A stretch of 64,000 bases of DNA, taken from contig CAWEJM010000006.1 of the NCBI GenBank assembly GCA_963809395.1, forward strand, positions 15,922 to 79,921, read 5' to 3'. Source of the stretch: an uncultured Actinomycetes bacterium (GTDB lineage Bacteria; Actinomycetota; Thermoleophilia; RBG-16-64-13). The position numbers were made by a program, and so were the translations under genes. Of the stretch, positions 59,865-64,000 are shown piece by piece. Below the pieces are notes generated by a model. That model saw only the letters and a program-made list of their open reading frames with translations, was not told where the DNA came from and made no database searches. The stretch's first letter is position 1; the number at the start of each line of letters is the position of its first letter.

Positions 59865-60020
59865 CTCCTCGCTGCCATCATGCGCGCTTCCGCGCCCCGC
59901 GTCTCACGGTCGCGGCGCATCCCACGGGCCCGTCCCACGGGCCGGTCCCGCCGGCTTCGCGCTCCGCGGTCCGCGACGGCCGCCCGCTCGACCACCTGCC
60001 GCAGGTTACGCTCCGTCGCG

Positions 60021-61907
60021 ATGACCGACCGCGACCGGACGCTCGCCGCCGTCGTGGACGCCTTCGCCCCGGGCGGCGAGGGCCTCCCGCCTGCAAGCGA
60101 CCTTGGCGTCCATCACCGCTTCCTCGCCGAAGTGGCCGCGCTCGATCGCCCGTCGCTGACGCGCGAGCTCGACCTCCTCCTGCGGCTCATGGATTCGCGC
60201 GCCGGCAGTCTGGCCCTCGCCGGCCGCCCCGTTCGCTTCACGCACCTCGACCAGGACGGCCGCGAGGCGTACTTGCGCCGGCTCGCGGCCAGCCCGATCC
60301 CGCTGAAGCGGACCGCGTTCCAGGACCTGAAACGCCTGACCCTCCTACTCGTCTACGGCATGGAGGACTCTCCCTGGCGGGCGCGCACCGGCTACAGGCC
60401 ACCCCCGCCCGACCCGCCCGACATCGGCCCGGTGACAGCGCGGACGCCGGCGGACGGCGAGGTGATCGAAGCCGACGCCGTCGTCATCGGTTCGGGCGCG
60501 GGTGGATCCGTGGCCGCGGCGGTGCTCGCCGCGGCCGGCCGGCGGGTCGTCGTCCTGGAACGTGCCGCGATGGTCGCCGAGGACCGCTTCGGCGGGCCGG
60601 AGCTCGACGGGCTCGCAGACCTGTTCCTGGATCGGGGACTCGCCGCCACGTCCGACCGATGGATCTCGATCCGTGCCGGGAGCGCGGTCGGAGGCGGGAC
60701 GGTCGTCAACTGGAGCTCGTCGCTGCGCGCTCCGGCAGCCGTTCGCGACGAATGGCGCGCGGCCGGCATCGAGGATGACCTCGACGCACACTACGCGGCC
60801 GTCGAGGCGGAGCTCGAGGTCACGACGACAGAGAGCGAGCCGAATGGGCCGAATGGCCGCCTCCTGGCCGGCCTCCAGGCGCTCGGCCTGGCGTCGGCGG
60901 TCGTGCCGCGCAACGTCCGGGGGTGCGGCGACTGTGGCCCGTGTGCCGTGGGCTGTCGGCGGGGCGCCAAGAAGTCGGCCCTGCGGACGTACCTGGCGGC
61001 TGCCTGCGGCGCCGGCGCCGTCGTCCTCGATCGCTGCGAGGCCCACCGGATCATCGTCGAGAGCGGGCGCGCGACGGGGGTCGTCGCCCGAGTGCCGGGC
61101 GGTGAGGTCACCATCCAGGCTCCGCTCGTCGCGCTCGCCGGCGGCAGCATCCTCTCGCCCGCGGTGCTGCTGTGGTCAGGGATCGCGACCGCGACCGCCG
61201 GACGATCCCTGCTGATCCATCCCGTCGTCGCCGTCGCCGGCATCTATGCCGAGCCGCTCGAGCCTTGGGGCGGCGTTCCGCAGTCGATCCTCAGCGAGTC
61301 CCACGCCGAGATCGACGGACCGTGGGGCTTCCGCATCGAGGCTGCGCCGACGCACCCAGGCCTCATCGCCAGCGGGCTCCCCTGGTGGTCCAGCGCGGGC
61401 CACCGGGCGCTGATGGCGGACAGCGGGCGGACCGCCGCCTTTCTGGCCATCATCCGCGATCGCAATCCGGGCCGTGTCCAGGTGTCGCGCGACGGCGGCG
61501 TGACCGTGCGCTACGCACCCGGGGCCCCCGAGCGCGCGCTCCTTGGACGAGCCATGCCGGAGCTCTCGCGAGTCCACCACGCGGCGGGTGCCCGGAGGAT
61601 CGTCCCGCTCGTGACGCCGCCGGCGACCTGGGAGGAAGGGCGTCCCTTCGATCGATATCTCGCGGAGCTGGCGCGCCGCCCGATCAGCCCGAACCGGGTG
61701 CTCCTCTTCACGGCCCACCAGATGGCCAGCTGCCGGATCGGCACGAGTCCCCGGAGCAGCGTGGCCGACCCCGACGGGCGCGTCTGGGGCGTGGACGGGC
61801 TCTACGTCACCGACGGCAGCGCCTTCCCCACGGCGACCGGCGTCAACCCGATGCTCTCCATCCTCGCCCTGGCCCGTCGCACGGCGCAGCGGATGGCAGA
61901 TCGCTGA
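60021..61907 (+). CDS. GMC family FAD-dependent oxidoreductase (long-chain alcohol oxidase-like, with N-terminal extension)
   Basis: Internal ATG of ORF 59271..61907. ADAVVIGSGAGGSVAA dinucleotide fold. C-terminal GVDGLYVTDGSAFPTATGVNP. Confidence 0.8.
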   Translation: MTDRDRTLAAVVDAFAPGGEGLPPASDLGVHHRFLAEVAALDRPSLTRELDLLLRLMDSRAGSLALAGRPVRFTHLDQDGREAYLRRLAASPIPLKRTAFQDLKRLTLLLVYGMEDSPWRARTGYRPPPPDPPDIGPVTARTPADGEVIEADAVVIGSGAGGSVAAAVLAAAGRRVVVLERAAMVAEDRFGGPELDGLADLFLDRGLAATSDRWISIRAGSAVGGGTVVNWSSSLRAPAAVRDEWRAAGIEDDLDAHYAAVEAELEVTTTESEPNGPNGRLLAGLQALGLASAVVPRNVRGCGDCGPCAVGCRRGAKKSALRTYLAAACGAGAVVLDRCEAHRIIVESGRATGVVARVPGGEVTIQAPLVALAGGSILSPAVLLWSGIATATAGRSLLIHPVVAVAGIYAEPLEPWGGVPQSILSESHAEIDGPWGFRIEAAPTHPGLIASGLPWWSSAGHRALMADSGRTAAFLAIIRDRNPGRVQVSRDGGVTVRYAPGAPERALLGRAMPELSRVHHAAGARRIVPLVTPPATWEEGRPFDRYLAELARRPISPNRVLLFTAHQMASCRIGTSPRSSVADPDGRVWGVDGLYVTDGSAFPTATGVNPMLSILALARRTAQRMADR

Positions 61908-61983
61908 TTGCCCCGGGGTGCGCCGGCGGAGGTCAGTGGCCGGTGGTCGGCGGGCTGCGGATCGCCTGCGGCAGGGAGCCCGG

Positions 61984-62907
61984 TCAGGTGGTCCGGAGCG
62001 ACGTGGCGCGAGGCCGCCACGCGGCACGGGCGCCGTCGACGTCTCCCGTGCCCGGCGGTGTGCCGGCCCGGACCCCGCTGCTGGCGAGCGCGACCGCGGC
62101 CAGGAGCATGGAGGCGCCGCCAAACCACAGGGCCGGCAGGGCCACCATCGCGGCAACCGGAACGGTCCAGCGCCGGTCGGTCCGGGCTCCCCAGGTGACG
62201 ATCGCGGCGGCGAGGGGCAGGCGGACCCAGACGGGCACCGGGACCGCGGCCCACGTTCCGGCCGTCTTCGTCGCGCTGGCGCCGAGCACCGTCAGCCATT
62301 GCGTCCACAGGTCGGGTGCGGCGAGCCACGAGACGGCGACGATCGCGGCGGTCGCACCCAGGGCGATCCCGAGGCTCCGCCACTCGCGACGCACCGCGAA
62401 CCAGAGAAGGCCCACGCCGGGCGTCACCTTCGTGAGGAGGACGAAGGACCAGGCGGCCGGCCAGCGGAAGCCCGCGACGATCGCCACGGCCAGGAGCAGG
62501 TGGATGTTGCCACCCAGGATCTCGAGCACGCAGAAGGCGATCGCAATGGCCCACAGGCGTGCGCCCGCGAGATAGCGGATGGCCAGCAGGAGCAGCACCG
62601 TCCACGTGGCAAAGAAGGCCTCCCACGGCAGGGCCTTTAGCAGCGCGATCACCTGCAGGAACGCCGGCGAGTAGACGTACGCGATCGGCTGCGTCCAGTT
62701 CGAGCTTGCGTACGGGTCGGCGAGGCTCGGGAACCAGTAGCAGAAGGCCTCCTGGCCCGTCGGCGTGGGGCCGGAGTTCGGCACGATGTTGGCGAGGGCG
62801 TACAGGAGGACGATGGCAGCCGCGAACAGCCCCAGGCCTTCCCGTCTGAGGAACGTGCTCGTGCGCCGAAGCCTGACCCTCGTGATGGCTACCCCCGGAC
62901 GACGCAT
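61984..62907 (-). CDS. Polytopic membrane protein, DUF2029 / glycosyltransferase family 87-like
   Basis: Internal ATG of ORF 61984..63441. YVYSPAFL and GNIHLLLAVAIVAGFRWPAAWSFVLLTKVTPGVGLLWFAVRREWR. Confidence 0.5.
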   Translation of the reverse strand: MRRPGVAITRVRLRRTSTFLRREGLGLFAAAIVLLYALANIVPNSGPTPTGQEAFCYWFPSLADPYASSNWTQPIAYVYSPAFLQVIALLKALPWEAFFATWTVLLLLAIRYLAGARLWAIAIAFCVLEILGGNIHLLLAVAIVAGFRWPAAWSFVLLTKVTPGVGLLWFAVRREWRSLGIALGATAAIVAVSWLAAPDLWTQWLTVLGASATKTAGTWAAVPVPVWVRLPLAAAIVTWGARTDRRWTVPVAAMVALPALWFGGASMLLAAVALASSGVRAGTPPGTGDVDGARAAWRPRATSLRTT

Positions 62908-63166
62908 TCTCGGACGATGCCGCTGCTGATCGGCGGCCCGCCGGTTTCGACACCTGTGTACAGGATCGGGCTCGCCTCCCGCAAGGTCAAGCGTACCGGA
63001 TTTGGCGAGGCCTTCCCGTCCGAGTTGACCGGTCCAGGCAGCCCGGTCGCGCCGGCTGCCACTGTCTGGCGGCCCTGCGCCTCGTGGGGTATCGACCGGC
63101 CGGCTGGGGTGCCAGGAATACGGCGCAGCGTTTGACCGTCGCACCGGCGGCGCGCAGGCTTGGCCG

Positions 63167-64000
63167 ATGCCTCGACGACCGCGCGCAGCGATTGCCCTCG
63201 TCGTCGCGATCGCCGCGGCGACGCTTGCGGCCTGCGCGCCAGCGCCCGACCGAGCGTCCACGGCGTCCCCAATGGTGGCCGGTCCGAGCCCGTCGGCCGC
63301 GACCGAGCCCTCCCACCCGCCGCCCGGCCACGAGGTCTTCGGCTTCCTGCCGTACTGGGAGATGGACCAGACGATCGCGGCCCACCTGCGCGCCACCGAC
63401 CTGACCACGCTCGCCCTGTTCAGCGTCACGAACACCCGCACCGGCGCGATCGACGCGACGCAGAACGGCTATCGGCGGATGACCGGCCCGGTCGGTCTGC
63501 AGGTGATTCGCGAGGCCCACCAGAGGGGCGTCCGCGTCGAGATCGTGTTCACGAGCTTCGGGCTGCAGCGGAACCGGACCTTCTTCGGGAACCTCGCGCT
63601 CCAGGACGCGACGATCACAGCACTCGTGGCGCTCGTCGCGGAGATGGGGTGCGACGGCGTCGACGTCGACGTGGAATCCCTGGACCCGGAGCTGGTGCCG
63701 GCCTACGGAGCGTTCCTCGGCCGTCTGCGGGCGGCGGTCGTCGCCGCCGATCCGGCGGACCGGCTCTCGGTGTCGACGTCCGCAAGCCTCCTCGGGGCGG
63801 CGATGGCCGCCGCCGCGGCGGAAGCAGGAACGGACCGCGTCTTCCTCATGGGCTACGACTACCGCGTCGCCGGGTCGGAGCCGGGCGCCACGGCCCCCAT
63901 CGACCGAAGGGACGGCGAGGCCCAGGACCTGGTCTGGTCCCTGGACCTCTACGCTTCACTTGGCGTTCCGGTCGAGCGCACGCTCCTGGGCCTGCCGCTC
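63167..64000 (+). CDS. Glycoside hydrolase family 18-like lipoprotein (3' partial, runs off the window)
   Basis: Not in the ORF track (no stop). MPRRPRAAIALVVAIAAATLAAC lipobox. FGFLPYWE. DGVDVDVE matches the DxxDxDxE catalytic motif. Confidence 0.75.
   Translation, partial: MPRRPRAAIALVVAIAAATLAACAPAPDRASTASPMVAGPSPSAATEPSHPPPGHEVFGFLPYWEMDQTIAAHLRATDLTTLALFSVTNTRTGAIDATQNGYRRMTGPVGLQVIREAHQRGVRVEIVFTSFGLQRNRTFFGNLALQDATITALVALVAEMGCDGVDVDVESLDPELVPAYGAFLGRLRAAVVAADPADRLSVSTSASLLGAAMAAAAAEAGTDRVFLMGYDYRVAGSEPGATAPIDRRDGEAQDLVWSLDLYASLGVPVERTLLGLPL

Noticed and set aside
59919-59942. Direct repeat TCCCACGGGCC x2 in the divergent region upstream of the GMC oxidoreductase gene.
   Set aside because: There are only two copies 13 nt apart in very GC-rich DNA. 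This could be chance, so I did not list it as a site.

Overview
High-GC 64-kb window with no rRNA, tRNA, CRISPR array, transposase or integrase that I can recognise. It reads as a mosaic of four blocks, each joined at a point where the genes on both sides are cut off. Block A (1 to ~41.71 kb) is housekeeping: RRM protein, ilvE, cimA, FAH hydrolase, dnaE, an AthL-like molybdoenzyme, hisD-B-H-A-F, M23 peptidase, a receiver-fused PEP-utilising enzyme, gdhA, several small Cys-rich proteins, fur-cbiM-PDGLE-cbiQ-cbiO, a selenocysteine-containing selD, STAS/RsbW, gcvPA/PB, an OmpR/HK pair, a B12-radical SAM enzyme, parA-ftsZ, GNAT, DAAT, nfo and a truncated DUF3524 glycosyltransferase. Block B (~41.71-45.61 kb) holds a hoxU 3' fragment, hoxY and hoxH, then hicB-hicA and a truncated antitoxin with its PIN toxin. 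Block C (~45.61-51.9 kb) holds a 5'-truncated motA, motB, fliL, a SAM methyltransferase, a repeat-bearing FG-GAP lipoprotein, fliS and a fliD 3' fragment. Block D (~51.9-64 kb) holds an MFS exporter, two paralogous Cys-rich pseudo-receiver LuxR regulators flanking a hexahaem-NrfC-NrfD-octahaem operon, small membrane proteins, a GMC oxidoreductase, a GT87-like protein and a partial GH18 lipoprotein. Nearly every long gene in blocks A and B is interrupted by apparent single-nucleotide frame breaks, although homology continues across each break. Blocks C and D are essentially clean. Ends of frame-broken genes are therefore approximate. The best candidate for an undescribed system is the block D respiratory module: two membrane-anchored multihaem cytochromes plus NrfC/NrfD, with no catalytic subunit, together with its unusual regulators and phased upstream repeats. 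Other notable items are UGA-encoded Sec in selD with a downstream hairpin, a Nur-like operator at the fur-cbiM operon, an orphan parA translationally overlapping an N-terminally extended ftsZ, and a GTTACA/TGTAAC inverted repeat array filling the hoxU-hoxY spacer.
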